Under the pieces are notes generated by a model. It was not told where the DNA came from. It searched no databases and saw only the letters and a list, made by a program, of their open reading frames with translations. Position numbers and translations under genes: made by a program. Below are positions 12,975-26,235 of a stretch of DNA of 64,000 nucleotides, piece after piece. Position 1 is the stretch's first letter, and every line of letters starts with the position of its first letter. Source of the stretch: Octopus bimaculoides (taxonomy: Eukaryota); NCBI RefSeq assembly GCF_001194135.2, contig NC_068986.1:113529505-113593504 (forward strand), in the 5' to 3' direction.

Positions 12975-13150
12975 GAGGGTCTAAGTCGATTGCATTGACA
13001 TCAGTACTTGACTGGTACTTAATTTATCGACCCCATGATGATGAAAAGCAATGTCGACCTCGGAAGAATTTGACCTCAGAAATAATATGTCGAACGAAAT
13101 GCCGATAAATACTCTGTACGATATCATACCGACTCCAGCAGCTCGCCACC
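12975..13150 (-). mobile_element. tRNA-derived SINE, family B
   Basis: Reverse complement of the 50802-51035 family: CAGTACTTGACTGGTACTTAATTTATCGACCCC...GTCGACCTCGG..GAATTTGA.CTCAGA...CAGCTCGCC. Confidence 0.85.
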
Positions 13151-13305
13151 CTATCTTCATTACTCAATTACAATATAATACGAGTAAGTTTACTACAGTC
13201 TCAGGCCGTACTGAATTCTTAAAAAATGTTTATTTCAATACAGTTCTATATTAAAGAGATGAGGAAGCATTTACATCATTTACATTATTTACATTTGACA
13301 GATTC

Positions 13306-14085
13306 GAGCGGTTCCAAGCAGTGCTGTTTTCTGCAAGTGCTCCACCCTTATTGCAGCCCCTAGTTGTTCCACGGAATTCTCGAGATTTTTGCTCACTGTT
13401 CCCAGGGCTCTGACAATTATTGTACTACTGCTACCTTTTTCATCGACAACAATTGCTTAACCTCCCAAGCTAACCTGTCATATCTATCGACTTTTCTTAC
13501 TTCCTTATCGCATACTTTGTTGTCAGCTGGGCATGCTATATAGTTTGTTTTCTTCCTCAATTAAGACTATTTCTGGCTTGCTATTCTCTATCTCATGGTC
13601 GCACTGAATCATAAAATCCCATAGAATCTTTTCATTTCTGTTTTCGACGATGCTTCCAGTTTGTGGTCGTACCAATTTTTCGCTGTCAAGTCCATACTTG
13701 CTGCAAAGTGCCCAAATGGACAAGCCTAGCTATATTGTCGTGGCTATATTGTCTCTTATATTCCTTCTGGGCTAGTGTTAGTCTGCGCATGTACTCCACC
13801 TTAAATCATTTTGTTATTTCATTCTCCTTCAATATATCCATTTCCAAATCCCCAATTTCTTATAGCCAGTCTCTTCTATCTGCTTCATAACCTTCCTCCG
13901 ACAGTATCGTTACCTCGTCCATACATTTGATTCTGCCTCTTTTCAAGTGTAGCACACCACACTTCCTCAGTCCGAACTCTATTCTGATATCAGCACTGAA
14001 GGTATACACCGTATCAACGAGGGAACTGACTTGGGCTTCATCTTTACAATAAAGTTTGAGGTCATCAATGAATAACAAATAGCTG
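13306..14085 (-). mobile_element. R4/Dong-like RLE non-LTR retrotransposon fragment (RT motif C to RLE end, internally deleted)
   Basis: LFIDDLKLY (RT motif C) at 13860-14078; KILWDFMIQCDHEIENSKPEIVLI; then ACPADNKVCDKEVRKVDRYDRLAWEVKQL..IIVRALGTVSKNLE..VEHLQKTALLGT (restriction-like endonuclease C-terminus). Confidence 0.85.
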
Positions 14086-14100
14086 ACTACAATTATTCAC

Positions 14101-14171
14101 GTCATTGCTTGGAATCGAACTGGGAATCTTGGGGTTAGTTGCCCGCGCTCTTAACCACTACGTCATATGCC
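14101..14171 (-). mobile_element. tRNA-derived SINE head (family D), not a functional tRNA
   Basis: Minus strand GGCATATGACGTAGTGGTTAAGAGCGCGGG..CCCCAAGATTCCCAGTTCGATTCCAAGC: A-box (TAGTGGTTAAG) and B-box (GTTCGATTCC), no intact acceptor stem, followed by GAATAAT. Confidence 0.7.
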
Positions 14172-14198
14172 TACGGGAATAATAATAATAACAACAAC

Positions 14199-14251
<53 letters not shown>

Positions 14252-14349
14252 GTAAACATAAGAGCAGCACAGCAAACCACAGCACATACCCAAGGCGCAC
14301 AGAGCTGCGCTCGGTAGTGAAGTGAAAGCACGTTATAAAAATAAAACTA

Positions 14350-14421
<72 letters not shown>

Positions 14422-14423
<2 letters not shown>

Positions 14424-14566
14424 CATCGAAAATTATCTTGGGAATGACAACCCAGGTTCGGAATTTTTCCAACACACCTGATGAAGGCTGGAGGGTATAT
14501 CAGCCGAAACGTTGTGTTAACAACAAACAAGATGAGGACAAATGTCCGTCAAATGCAAATAATGTA
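14422..14566 (+). mobile_element. Hammerhead-bearing repeat tail following an (AAT)n tract
   Basis: After (AAT)n: CGAAAATTATCTTGGGAATGACAACCCAGGTTCG...hammerhead motif...GTCAAATGCAAATAATGTA. The terminal motif recurs on the minus strand at 13268-13303. Confidence 0.65.
14475..14518 (+). ncRNA. Minimal type I hammerhead ribozyme motif with intact core
   Basis: ACAC-CTGATGA-A-GGCTG-gagggtatat-CAGCC-GAAA-CG-TT-GTGT: stem I ACAC/GTGT, exact CUGAUGA (14479-14485), 5-bp stem II, GAAA (14507-14510), ACGT palindromic helix III, GUU triplet. Confidence 0.75.
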
Positions 14567-15499
14567 TCTTTATTTCAAATTAGGACGTCCTGAGAAAGAG
14601 TTGACAATCTGGAATCTTGTGTCAGGTTGTTTTGATCGAATATTTCATCAAGAAACTTGCATCTGGGAATATAGAGACTGCACAGAAGCTCACAGGTCGG
14701 GCTGTATTGTATGCGTTCTCCTTGTGATGCTTTGGATATGACTGAGACTCTCTCGAAACGTACAAAAGTAATTCAATATCAAAGTAGTTCAGTTTCTGGA
14801 ACAAAGAACGTTCAGCGTTGAAACCGACGTAGAAACAGTCAAATGCCCTACACTAAAGAAAACTATCGCTCCCAACAACTACATGACGCTACCAGCTCAA
14901 TCATTACATGTATTACTTTTACCACCAGCTGCAGAAAAGGTTGCACAAACAGAGAGTCACAAACAACACTAAACAAATCCTACGAGAGTCTCACTTCAAA
15001 ATCCCGCACTCTGAAAAGCCTGGTAACTAAATATCCACCATAACACGCATGACCTTCTTCAAAATGGCCATGAACTTTTGATATTTTAATCTTAGATAAT
15101 CTGAGACTGATGAAAATTAAACCTGGTGATCATGGGTGTGAAGATCTCAATGGGCCTCAGCCACGTGAGCATAGATATTTAGTTACCACTCAGCAAAAGA
15201 AACAAGACAACTGATGAGGGACAAAGTAGATATAACACTTTATTAATTCATTCATTATTAAAGACACGGGAAATATGAAATAAATGATATTCTGTAGTTA
15301 TTGAAAGCGAAAGAATCCCGGATGTTCATGGGGCACAGAAAGGGCCTTCGTACATAAGTAGCATGTTAAGGCATGACTTGATCAAAATAACAAAACATAA
15401 AAACAATAGCAACATTAAGAAGAATAAGATAACAGCATAACAACCACAACATCACCAAATGTACAACTGATTATAAGACATCGAAACTATATTTAAATT

Positions 15500-16195
15500 G
15501 AATGTGTCCCATTAGCAACAGCCACAGCAATACTTGCAACACACGTCTAAGACAATCGCAACCACCACTACCACAACCACTGCATTTATACCAGAACCAA
15601 CTTCGAAAATACAAATTGTACGACGATAAAAGCCACTACATCACAAAACACTACCACCATCCCCACCACCGCCACAGTAGATTCACAAGAATCAACTCTA
15701 CAAGTGAGAGTTGTAGAAGATCAACAGCTTCTACAATAAAACCGCCGTCATCACTAGCACAACTCGCTCCAGTTCCACGCAAGAGCCATCTCCATCTTCA
15801 ACGCCGCCGTCACGTTTAGCACCACCACTAAAGCCAACGCCACCGTCAGCACCACCAGCATCGCCACACCAGCAACACAAACACGTTTAACACCACGAGT
15901 GGCACCACCACCACCAACACCACTACTAACGCCAGCACAGCCAGGACCACCACCACCACCACCACCACCACCATCGTTACTGCTACTAACACCAACACAG
16001 CCATGACGACCACGACGAACACTACTACAAACAAAACCGCCACCACCACCAACAAAAACAACACCACTACTAACGCCAGCATAGCAAGGACCACCACCAC
16101 GCTACTAACACCAACACAGCCATGACGACCACGACCAACACTACTACAACCACCACCACCACCTCCACCACCGCCGCCGCCACCACCATTAAGCA
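15500..16195. repeat. (CCA/ACT)-rich low-complexity region with internal duplications
   Basis: CACTACTAACGCCAGCA.AGC.AGGACCACCACC at ~15921 and ~16064; CTACTAACACCAACACAGCCATGACGACCACGAC at ~15983 and ~16102. Confidence 0.8.
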
Positions 16196-17549
16196 TCTAG
16201 TAAATCAACAACAATAACAACAGCTATACCTACCAGTTATCTATTGTACTAAATCTGTACAATGGAGCAGCCTCAAGCTTTGCTCTCAACTTTCTTGTTT
16301 AGCATTTTTACTTCTTATTATTTTTCATATTTTTCTAATGTTTTCCCCAGTGTTTTTTTATACGCTGATTTTCTTCGTCTTTCTTTTTTGTTTCTTTATA
16401 GTATGTTTTCATTGCTATTTTTTGTTTTGTTTTTGGAGGGGCTTGTTGTTAGTATATTTTATTATTATTTTTTTTATTATATACGCTGTTTTTTTCTTTA
16501 TTTTCCTTTATATAGATTTTGATGGTAAGAAGCGATCCAACCTCATTCAGGAGATGTCATAATGTTTTATTTCAATACAACATTATTGACGTGGTAAACA
16601 AATAGGAAAATTTCTCATCGATTATTTTGGCAGGGCATCTTAGGAGAAGATAATAGAATACGATGGAAAGGAGAGAAGAAGGAGGAAGAGGAGGAGAAGT
16701 AGAGGAGCAAGGAGGGTCGGGGGTGGCGGCAGCTAAAGAAGCAACAACAGATAACAAACAAACAGGAATAAAAAGTGCACTGTTTAACAGGAGATGTAGA
16801 GGGCGAAAACAATATGGCGTTAGGAATTGTTTTACTTTCAAAATGGCACATCACAAGATACTACTCATCTTTAGACAAACTTTCAGACATTTATTATGAT
16901 CATTATTATTATTATTATTGTTCAGTAGTTTTATTATTATTATTATTATTGTTATTATTATTATCGTTGTTATTGTTGTTGTTGTTGTTGTTGTTGTTAA
17001 TGTTGTTTTTTGTTATTAATGTTGTTCTTGCTATTCTTATTAATGTTAATATTGTTGGAATGTTTTACTATAATTTTAGGGCACGGGATAGCAGAATCGA
17101 TCCAGTTCCGGACAAAATAATGTTTGTAGAGTTTATGGAGATGCTCCTTATAGTGGTTGTGTTGGTGGTACCGGTGGAGGTTGATCGTGGTGATGTTTCT
17201 GTTGGTTTGATGATGGCAGTGGTGGTTGTGGTGGTAGCTTTTACAGTGAGATAAAACCAGTCTAACGTCACTAAAAACGCTTTCATATTGTTAGTTACCG
17301 TTCTTTAAGTCCCTAATCGTTTTAAGTTCTTTATAGTTTACCATTGTTTATCAAACTTCCAGAATCAATGGCATAATTGACAGTTCAATGCTGGGTTCAG
17401 TTCAAACGCCTTTTACATCCCAGTTCTTACCAATGCGGAATGAAACCTAAGAATTTCTCAAATAAAGTACGAAGTTGGTATAATCGACTATAATTTTCTC
17501 CTTGAGCTAAAGTAATAATTTTTATTCATTATTATTATTTACTGTTTAA

Positions 17550-18590
17550 CTTCTGAAATTAACCTGTCATATCTCTCGACGTTCCTTTCTTCTTCATCGC
17601 ATACCTTGTTGTCAACTGGGCATACTATGTTATGATCCAAAATAGTTTGTTTTCTTTCTCAATTAAATCTGTTTCGCTTCTTATTCACTATCTCATGGTC
17701 GCACTGAATCATTAAATCCCATAGGATCTTTGCATTTCTATTTTCGGCAATGGTCGCACCAATTTTGCTCTGTCAAGTCCATACTTGTTGCAGATTGTCG
17801 AATTGACAAGCCCGGCTATATTGTCGCGGCGTGTCTTTATATTCCTTCTGGGATAGTGGCGTACATTGGCAGGTAACATGCCATACGGTTTCACCGTTTT
17901 GTCCACAGATTCTGCACTTATCACGTTCTGCTGTGCTGTCTATTCTGTATTTTATGTAGTTTGTTCTTAGTACTTACTCTTGTCCAGCACAGATTAGAGC
18001 CTCCGTTTCCGGCTTTAAATCACTTTTAGTCATCCACAGCCATCTTCTTTCTCTGTCTGTCTTATCTTCAATATCCCTGTGAAAATGACCATGCATTCTT
18101 TTCTTTACCCACTTATTTTCAGTTTCGTTCGTTTTCAATTGCTTGTGTTGTGCTTTATCTTTGCAATCTTTCATCCTATGCAAGCTTGACCTTCTTACTT
18201 CTAATGATGGCGGTTCTGTGGCATTTTTACATATCATGCTATGTTGTTTTCTTCTGCTCTAATGATGTGTTTGTATCCAATAAGTTCTCTTCCCCCACTT
18301 TTTCTGTCTGTGTCACGTTTTAGGTGGAGTGACCAATATCTAGTTAGCAACTCCCTTTTCGTTCTACTTAGCTGTTTAGTTCGTCTACTGTCCAAGCGAT
18401 TACCCTGCTCTGTATCTAGGGGGTGAAACCACGCAGGTGCTGATAGGTTCAATCTTATTCCGTCCGTTTATTTTCCATATTTTTTCCAGATGCCCGTACA
18501 TTGACTCTGCGACTTTTCTAGTCAATAATTTCCACATAAGTGGCAAGCAGGATATCAGCCAGTAATTCTCTACCGTATTGTCTTTTTTCA
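17550..18590 (-). mobile_element. R4/Dong-like RLE non-LTR retrotransposon fragment
   Basis: [16 protein letters not shown] (RT N-terminal motif); TKRELLTRYWSLHLKRDTDRKSGGRELIG; KRMHGHFHRDIEDKTD..WLWMTKSDLKPETEALICA; RRDNIAGLV..ICNKYGLD. 17560-17800 is closely similar to 13470-13750. Flanked by (ATT)n at 18600-18675. Confidence 0.85.
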
Positions 18591-18600
18591 TGCTTTTTCG

Positions 18601-18675
<75 letters not shown>

Positions 18676-19249
18676 TTGTCGTTAGTAGCCTTGAGTGACG
18701 ATTTGAACAGAAGTTTAGATTTATCGTGATTTACTTCATTAAAAGAAGATTTCTAAAAGAAAATTGTTTAAAATTTGTTTCTGTCACCGTAAATAAGAAT
18801 CATTTGAGTTAAACACAATATTGAAACATAGAATGACATCGAATTACAAGGCTGAAGACGTTTCAACTCCAAACATCCATTTTACTGTGTTTACAACATA
18901 ACACTACGTCGGAAAGCATTGTTTGAAAGTCATTTCACAGTGTAGATTGCGAATTCTAAGTTGAAAATTCTTGATTTCCAATTCGTTTGTTGAATATAGA
19001 TGGATCTATAAAGGAGTGGAAGAAAGGCTCGAAATGATTATATGAGTTAATTTAAGTTTTATCTTTCTTCCAAATATGTAGAAGGAAATAGTAAGCATAG
19101 AGCCATATCTTATTGAAAATGATTGCCGTTAAAAATTATGAAATTCTTTGAGGTCTAACAGATAAGAGAGCGAAAGTGAAAACATTTGGCGAAAGAGAAA
19201 ACATATAATTGAGAAACATATTTACATTTCATCTTACGGAATTCTTGAA

Positions 19250-20450
19250 CGGTTTTTTTATTGCTTTAGGGATTGGATAGAAGACGAAGCCTTCAGTTAT
19301 TATGTCACAAAATTTGCAATATAATGCAGAATATTTGGGCAAGAACATTGGACATCAAACAGACTAGCAACGTGGTGAAAGAGAAGTAATATTAGAAGAA
19401 AAGAGAACATTGGAGTTGGAGAAAACTCTTGAATTATTACTCACAATTGTGTAATCCACAAAACAAATTCCAAAAACATTCAGAGGAGACATGACAAAGA
19501 GACGTGAATGTTAACGCTAAAGTAGTGCCTCCCATCTTCCTCTATGCGTTGTTTAAATACATAGTTTTTTCTTTAGTTTCTTTGTTTTATTCAAAAGTGT
19601 GGGGCATATTGTCGGATGTGAGAAGACTGAAGGAGGCAATCTGATATAAAGGCAGGATGACAGAAAGACGATAAATAAGATATATGTTGATAATTACGGT
19701 TGATCGGGCTTGGTTGTGAGGACGAAGAGAAATAATTGTTTGAACTGTATACAATTGTTTGTCATATACACACCAAGTGTGTTTATTTGCATGTGATTTG
19801 GTCGAGATATGAGTGCTCTGATGCCAGTGAAGGATTAAAAGACTTCAAAATATAAAAGTGTATATTGAGAACGATAGACAAGAGCCATAAGTGATCTTGA
19901 AAGTTTAAATTGGGGAGGTGACGGAGCTATAAATTGATTAGCAATGTTGCATTATGGGTAGATTTCTTAAGGGGAAATTGAAAGTGTTGCGAGTCAAGTT
20001 TGGTTCATCATGAGACAGTTACGTTGCTTCTATGATTTTAAGTGCAAATTGATATGATATCAACATTACAATATTGTGGAACCTCTTCTGTGTGTCATTC
20101 TCCGAAAGGCAGAAAGGAAGATTAATGAATCAGAGGAGTGTGACAGGTATCTCTTAAAATGTCAAATATTCTATAATGCTACTTTTATTGCCTGAGTGCC
20201 CAAGGATGAGGCAACCAAACATCAATGTGGATATTAAAATGATATGCAAGGCCTGTGAATTATACATGCAGAGTCAAATCAGTCCCCAAAGCACAGAATC
20301 CTTATAGGTAACATCCAACTCAAACACAGGAAGAATTACAATTAAATGGTACTTGCATTATTCCTGGGATAATACATTTTCCGTTACACTTAGCGCATGC
20401 GTGAAATAGTTGAACGTGCGAAGAAGAAATTCCTCAGTTCCAACAGTCAC
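19250..20450 (+). mobile_element. Highly decayed Gypsy-type LTR retrotransposon internal remnant
   Basis: Motifs in gag-RNaseH-integrase order: EKRTLELEKTLEL (~19398-19436, gag-like), FACD (~19786-19797, RNase H LACDAS-like), NINVDIKMICKACE (~20215-20260, integrase zinc-binding region). Short motifs only; no LTRs found. Confidence 0.45.
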
Positions 20451-22120
20451 AGCCACCATATTGAAACAAATCTTTGTCATTCATAGTTCAATCATTTTTC
20501 CACACATAAGTATCACAAATATGTATTACCCGACTTAGCTCGTCGCAAATTACAATAGGCATTAAAGAACAAGATTGAGGTCATTAACGTAGGTTCGCGT
20601 TCTCGTTCAGAATCCCCTTGAATTCAGCAAATGGAGTATTTCCGGATCAGATGCTTCCTACGCAGAAAAATTCTATTTCTAAAACAACATTTCAAAGCCA
20701 TGTGGAAGAAATTAATTGACCAAGTGGAAGCCAAACGTACAAATATATCCATGGGCACTCTCTATCTCCCTCTCTTTCTCTCTCTGTATATATATNNNNN
20801 NNNNNNNNNNNNNNNNNNNNNNNNNNNNNNNNNNNNNNNNNNNNNNNNNNNNNNNNNNNNNNNNNNNNNNNNNNNNNNNNNNNNNNNNNNNNNNNNNNNN
20901 NNNNNNNNNNNNNNNNNNNNNNNNNNNNNNNNNNNNNNNNNNNNNNNNNNNNNNNNNNNNNNNNNNNNNNNNNNNNNNNNNNNNNNNNNNNNNNNNNNNN
21001 NNNNNNNNNNNNNNNNNNNNNNNNNNNNNNNNNNNNNNNNNNNNNNNNNNNNNNNNNNNNNNNNNNNNNNNNNNNNTATATATATATATGTATATATATA
21101 TATGTATATATATATATAATTGTGTGTATGTGTGTTTGTGTGTGTGTGTATGATGTATGTATGTATATATGTATATATATGTATATGAATAGAATCAACA
21201 AATGAGATCCAGAGATGCTCAATATAGAAAACAGACGCGCTCAAATGATTTGAGTATACACTCCAAAATCTTGAAAGAGTACTAGGTCCCCGGGGTAAAC
21301 AGTACTCTATAAGAGGAATCTAGGTGAGCATATATGGAGACAAAGATGTCAATAAAGAAATAAAACCGCTTGGGAATGATGGATATATAGAATATACTTA
21401 CATACATTGAGAGAAATGAAAGACTGAAAATAGTCAGGTTATGAACATTAATGAATAAATATATAGATATATTAACAAAATACAAAGACAAAAAAAAAAC
21501 ATCTTAATTGTGAAGGCAAGGCATCACAGGTCCAACAGATATTCCTGGGTTCTCGGAATGACGTCATATTGGTAGCTGTAGTTCGCAACAAGTTAAGTAT
21601 ATGCAGAGCGTAGTGGAAGCATATAAACATTAAGTAAATCCAGCCTCCCTCTTCAGGATGGAGAGATAGCCATCTCTATTTACTTGTATATATGTATGAA
21701 TATTTTATTTATCTAACACAAGCAGTTTTGTTTATTTGTATCTTCATCTTTTTCTGTATACATGTATGTTTGCATGAAAAGGACAATAGATATTTATATA
21801 CATATGTATAAATATATACATATGTACATAGACATTTATATATATATATATATATATATNNNNNNNNNNNNNNNNNNNNNNNNNNNNNNNNNNNNNNNNN
21901 NNNNNNNNNNNNNNNNNNNNNNNNNNNNNNNNNNNNNNNNNNNNNNNNNNNNNNNNNNNNNNNNNNNNNNNNNNNNNNNNNNNNNNNNNNNNNNNNNNNN
22001 NNNNNCTATTTCTAATTTGGTGCGTAGCGAAACAATTATAGCTGACTATTTGATTATAATTATGTACATAATTATAGAATGTGTGTGTGTGTGTGTGTGT
22101 GTATGTGTGTGTGTGTGTGT

Positions 22121-22152
<32 letters not shown>

Positions 22153-23378
22153 CTATACTTTACCTTTGTAATGGTCTAGGTATGTATGCACATGAATGCA
22201 TCCGTCATTTAGGATGTGTCTGTATTTATGTTGTGAAGCTTAGCAGTGGGACAAAAAGAGATCAAATTAGTTGCAGTTTTGATGTGATCCACTTCAGCCT
22301 TGGACAAGTTGAAAGTGATCATATCCACCCAATGTTGTGTCTGAATCACGTGCAAGAACAAAAGAAATATTCGTTTCAGTCACAGAATTTCTAGAAATAC
22401 ATTATTCACGTTTCAGCTACAGTTTTGGAAAAGATACGATATTATTTAAGGGATTTTACGCTACTCTTTCTAGCATAAAAATAGTTGCATTGGTCAACGT
22501 TTATTATTTCAATGTTGATTAGGTTAGTAGTAGCAATGGTGAATTTTAGCAAATATACAGAAAAAAAAGAGGTGATTATTTCCAAGAGAGAGATAGATAT
22601 ATAGGTAAAGAGAGATATATAGATGGATAGAGAGAGAGAGGGAGAGAGAAATACGTAGGTAGAAAAGGAGAGAAGTAGAGACAGAAATCAGTGGATAGAA
22701 AGAGAGAAAGAGAAAGGGTGTAAGAAAAAAGACAGAGAAAATATGTTCTATCGTAAACGGACTTCATTGGTGAACATTTAGAAAAAGAAATGAAAAAATG
22801 CACCAAAAAACTCCAAAAGAATATATAAAGTTTAAAAAGCGTCATTGAGTAAAATGGAAACAATAGGGGTTTTAAACAAAACAATAAAGAAAAACAAATG
22901 GCAAGAAAACAACTGATGTTTTTTTCTCTGTTGTGTGTATAGAGAGGGCAGGATAATTGATAAGATGTGTTGTTGGACTGTCAAGTTTATAGATCCAATA
23001 AATGATCAGGCTAATTATAAAAGATCTGTAATGAATCACAGCTCCGATAAACGAGTCAGATTGCTTTGATCGAGCAGTTACGCTACCAATGTAACCTGCG
23101 TGCAATAGTTTGCCATACAATACAGATCAATAGCGTTGCCATGGACGACAATCATAATAACGAGACTCATTGTATGCGTAATGTATTTCTGCGAATTCTC
23201 TCTCTACTTCTCTCTCACAACCCACATACACACCAATACTCACACACACAAAAATATTTACATATGCATATATATTGGTATATATATTTGTAATATACAT
23301 ATGTATATATGTATATATGTATATACACACATATTTATATACATATACATATATGTGTATGCATATATCTAAAATACG

Positions 23379-23413
<35 letters not shown>

Positions 23414-24480
23414 ATATGTTATATTTGTGTATATATATATATATATTTATATATATGCATTTATATATACGTATACATATATACATATATANNNNNNNNN
23501 NNNNNNNNNNNNNNNNNNNNNNNNNNNNNNNNNNNNNNNNNNNNNNNNNNNNNNNNNNNNNNNNNNNNNNNNNNNNNNNNNNNNNNNNNNNNNNNNNNNN
23601 NNNNNNNNNNNNNNNNNNNNNNNNNNNNNNNNNNNNNNNNNNNNNNNNNNNNNNNNNNNNNNNNNNNNNNNNNNNNNNNNNNNNNNNNNNNNNNNNNNNN
23701 NNNNNNNNNNNNNNNNNNNNNNNNNNNNNNNNNNNNNNNNNNNNNNNNNNNNNNNNNNNNNNNNNNNNNNNNNNNNNNNNNNNNNNNNNNNNNNNNNNNN
23801 NNNNNNNNNNNNNNNNNNNNNNNNNNNNNNNNNNNNNNNNNNNNNNNNNNNNNNNNNNNNNNNNNNNNNNNNNNNNNNNNNNNNNNNNNNNNNNNNNNNN
23901 NNNNNNNNNNNNNNNNNNNNNNNNNNNNNNNNNNNNNNNNNNNNNNNNNNNNNNNNNNNNNNNNNNNNNNNNNNNNNNNNNNNNNNNNNNNNNNNNNNNN
24001 NNNNNNNNNNNNNNNNNNNNNNNNNNNNNNNNNNNNNNNNNNNNNNNNNNNNNNNNNNNNNNNNNNNNNNNNNNNNNNNNNNNNNNNNNNNNNNNNNNNN
24101 NNNNNNNNNNNNNNNNNNNNNNNNNNNNNNNNNNNNNNNNNNNNNNNNNNNNNNNNNNNNNNNNNNNNNNNNNNNNNNNNNNNNNNNNNNNNNNNNNNNN
24201 NNNNNNNNNNNNNNNNNNNNNNNNNNNNNNNNNNNNNNNNNNNNNNNNNNNNNNNNNNNNNNNNNNNNNNNNNNNNNNNNNNNNNNNNNNNNNNNNNNNN
24301 NNNNNNNNNNNNNNNNNNNNNNNNNNNNNNNNNNNNNNNNNNNNNNNNNNNNNNNNNNNNNNNNNNNNNNNNNNNNNNNNNNNNNNNNNNNNNNNNNNNN
24401 NNNNNNNNNNNNNNNNNNNNNNNNNNNNNNNNNNNNNNNNNNNNNNNNNNTATATATATATATATATATATATATTATAC

Positions 24481-24518
<38 letters not shown>

Positions 24519-24639
24519 GTGTGTGTATGTATGTATGTATGTATGTATATCATACTTGTTTTAGTCATTGGACCCATTTGTGGGCACATCTTTGAGGGGT
24601 TTAATCGAACAAAGCACTCCCAAAACTTTTTTTTACACC

Positions 24640-24895
24640 ATGGTACTTACTCTAGCAGTCTCAATTGTCTAATCGCTAAGTTACGGTGACATAAACATCG
24701 TTGCCAAGCGTGGATATGGGACAAATACATACACATATTATATGACGGGCTTCACTTAGTCTCTGTCTACTATTACAACTGACAAGACTTTGGCTGCTTT
24801 TAGTTGAAGACACTTGCCGAAGTGAACCTGCAACCCTGTTGTTGGGAATCAATCTCCTCACAACTCAATCACTCAAGCACCACACACAGCCATGC
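24640..24895 (-). mobile_element. SINE family A, degenerate
   Basis: Plus strand TAATCGCTAAGTTACGG.GAC.TAAAC...GACGGGCTTC..AGT.TCTGTCTAC...GAAGACACTTGCC is the reverse complement of family A segments. Confidence 0.7.
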
Positions 24896-25265
24896 ATGTA
24901 CCTACAAAGGTTCATTTTCTCATATCGGAATGTCCACTTTGCCTGAGCTTGGATGCACGGGGGCAGTTTCTTCTCTTGTTTTCATTGATTGTAGACACTT
25001 CAACAGTTCCTTTGTCTTCAGCAATGTTCTGGGAAACTACGTTAGGGCCTCTTCCCTTGAGAGGTTTATTTTCTTTTTCAGCCCTTGCACCTCTTGGATA
25101 TTTTTGCAAACGGATTGGAAGACGGTTAGATTATTAATGTTGTCTCCTTTATTGCGCTTTTCGCTTGGGACTCGCGCATTTGTACTACTGTTTCTGTGAG
25201 GGGTTTCACTTGGAGCAATAGCATTTTAAAGAAAGATGTCAAGTTTATCTAATCTCACGCACATC

Positions 25266-25307
<42 letters not shown>

Positions 25308-25539
25308 TACACATTCGCACACACACATACACACATTATACACACATTGAAATACACGCGCACATATATATTCTTATAATCTCAACTCTCTTTCGCTCTA
25401 GTAAATCAGTGATATTCAGTGCCACGGATTAACTAGAGTAATTCTATCTGGGAACACTTCCAGTTACTCGACATCTGAGTTGCGTTACGTATTTCTTTCG
25501 TTGTGGGTTGTGACTACATGTGAGATGGGTACGTAAATG

Positions 25540-26170
25540 GGGAGAGAGAGACCGAAAGAGAGACAGACAGACAGACAGAGACAGTGAACGAATAAAGTCG
25601 ACACGAGAGAAGAATGAGTGGGGATAAAGGGAGAAAGTGAAGGGATGAGGTCGTGGAGGAGAGTAAAAGAGTATATGAGGGGTAGGGAGAGAAGAGAAGG
25701 GAGATTAAGTTGAGAGGAGAGAGCAAGTGAAGGAGGGAGAGGAGAGTAAGTGGTTATAAGAAGGTAATGAGAAGAAAGGGGGTAGGTTGAGAGGGCAGAG
25801 TAGGTTGAGACAGAGAGGAGGGCAAGGTGAAGGTGAGAGGAAATAGTGGATTAAAAGAGAGACAGAGGAGTGAAAGGGAGGGGAGAGTAAGTGAGGGAAA
25901 AGTGGAGAGGAAATAGAAAGGAGGGAGGTGAGGAGCAGGCTGGGAGTATAGCAGGTGAGGCGGTGGGGTGGTGAGTTGAAAGAGAGAAAATGGAAGGATT
26001 AAGGGTTAGAAGGAATGGAGGTGAGAAAGAGAATGGGGAGAGGAGATGAGGGGTCGGTGGAAGGAAAGAAGGTTAGGTGGAGGAGAACGAGTTAAAAGAG
26101 TGAGTATGGAAAAAGGGGTCAGAGAGAATAGGGAGGTTGTGGTGGCTGAAGGGAACGTGATATTCTACAT

Positions 26171-26221
<51 letters not shown>

Positions 26222-26235
26222 TATCGATAGAGAGG
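25540..26235. repeat. ~700-bp purine-rich (GA-rich) tract ending in (AG)n
   Basis: Strong strand asymmetry: mostly G/A on the plus strand with few C. Confidence 0.85.

Noticed and set aside
14101-14171. tRNA gene
   Set aside because: A and B boxes are present but the acceptor stem is not, and it runs into repeat sequence; interpreted as a SINE head.
21559-21566. Isolated full CRE (TGACGTCA)
   Set aside because: Roughly one chance occurrence is expected in a window this size, and it has no companion promoter motifs.
24804-25199. 131-aa plus-strand ORF and antisense KGDNINN motif
   Set aside because: The ORF begins inside a SINE and has no recognisable domain; the Tx1-like motif has no colinear support.
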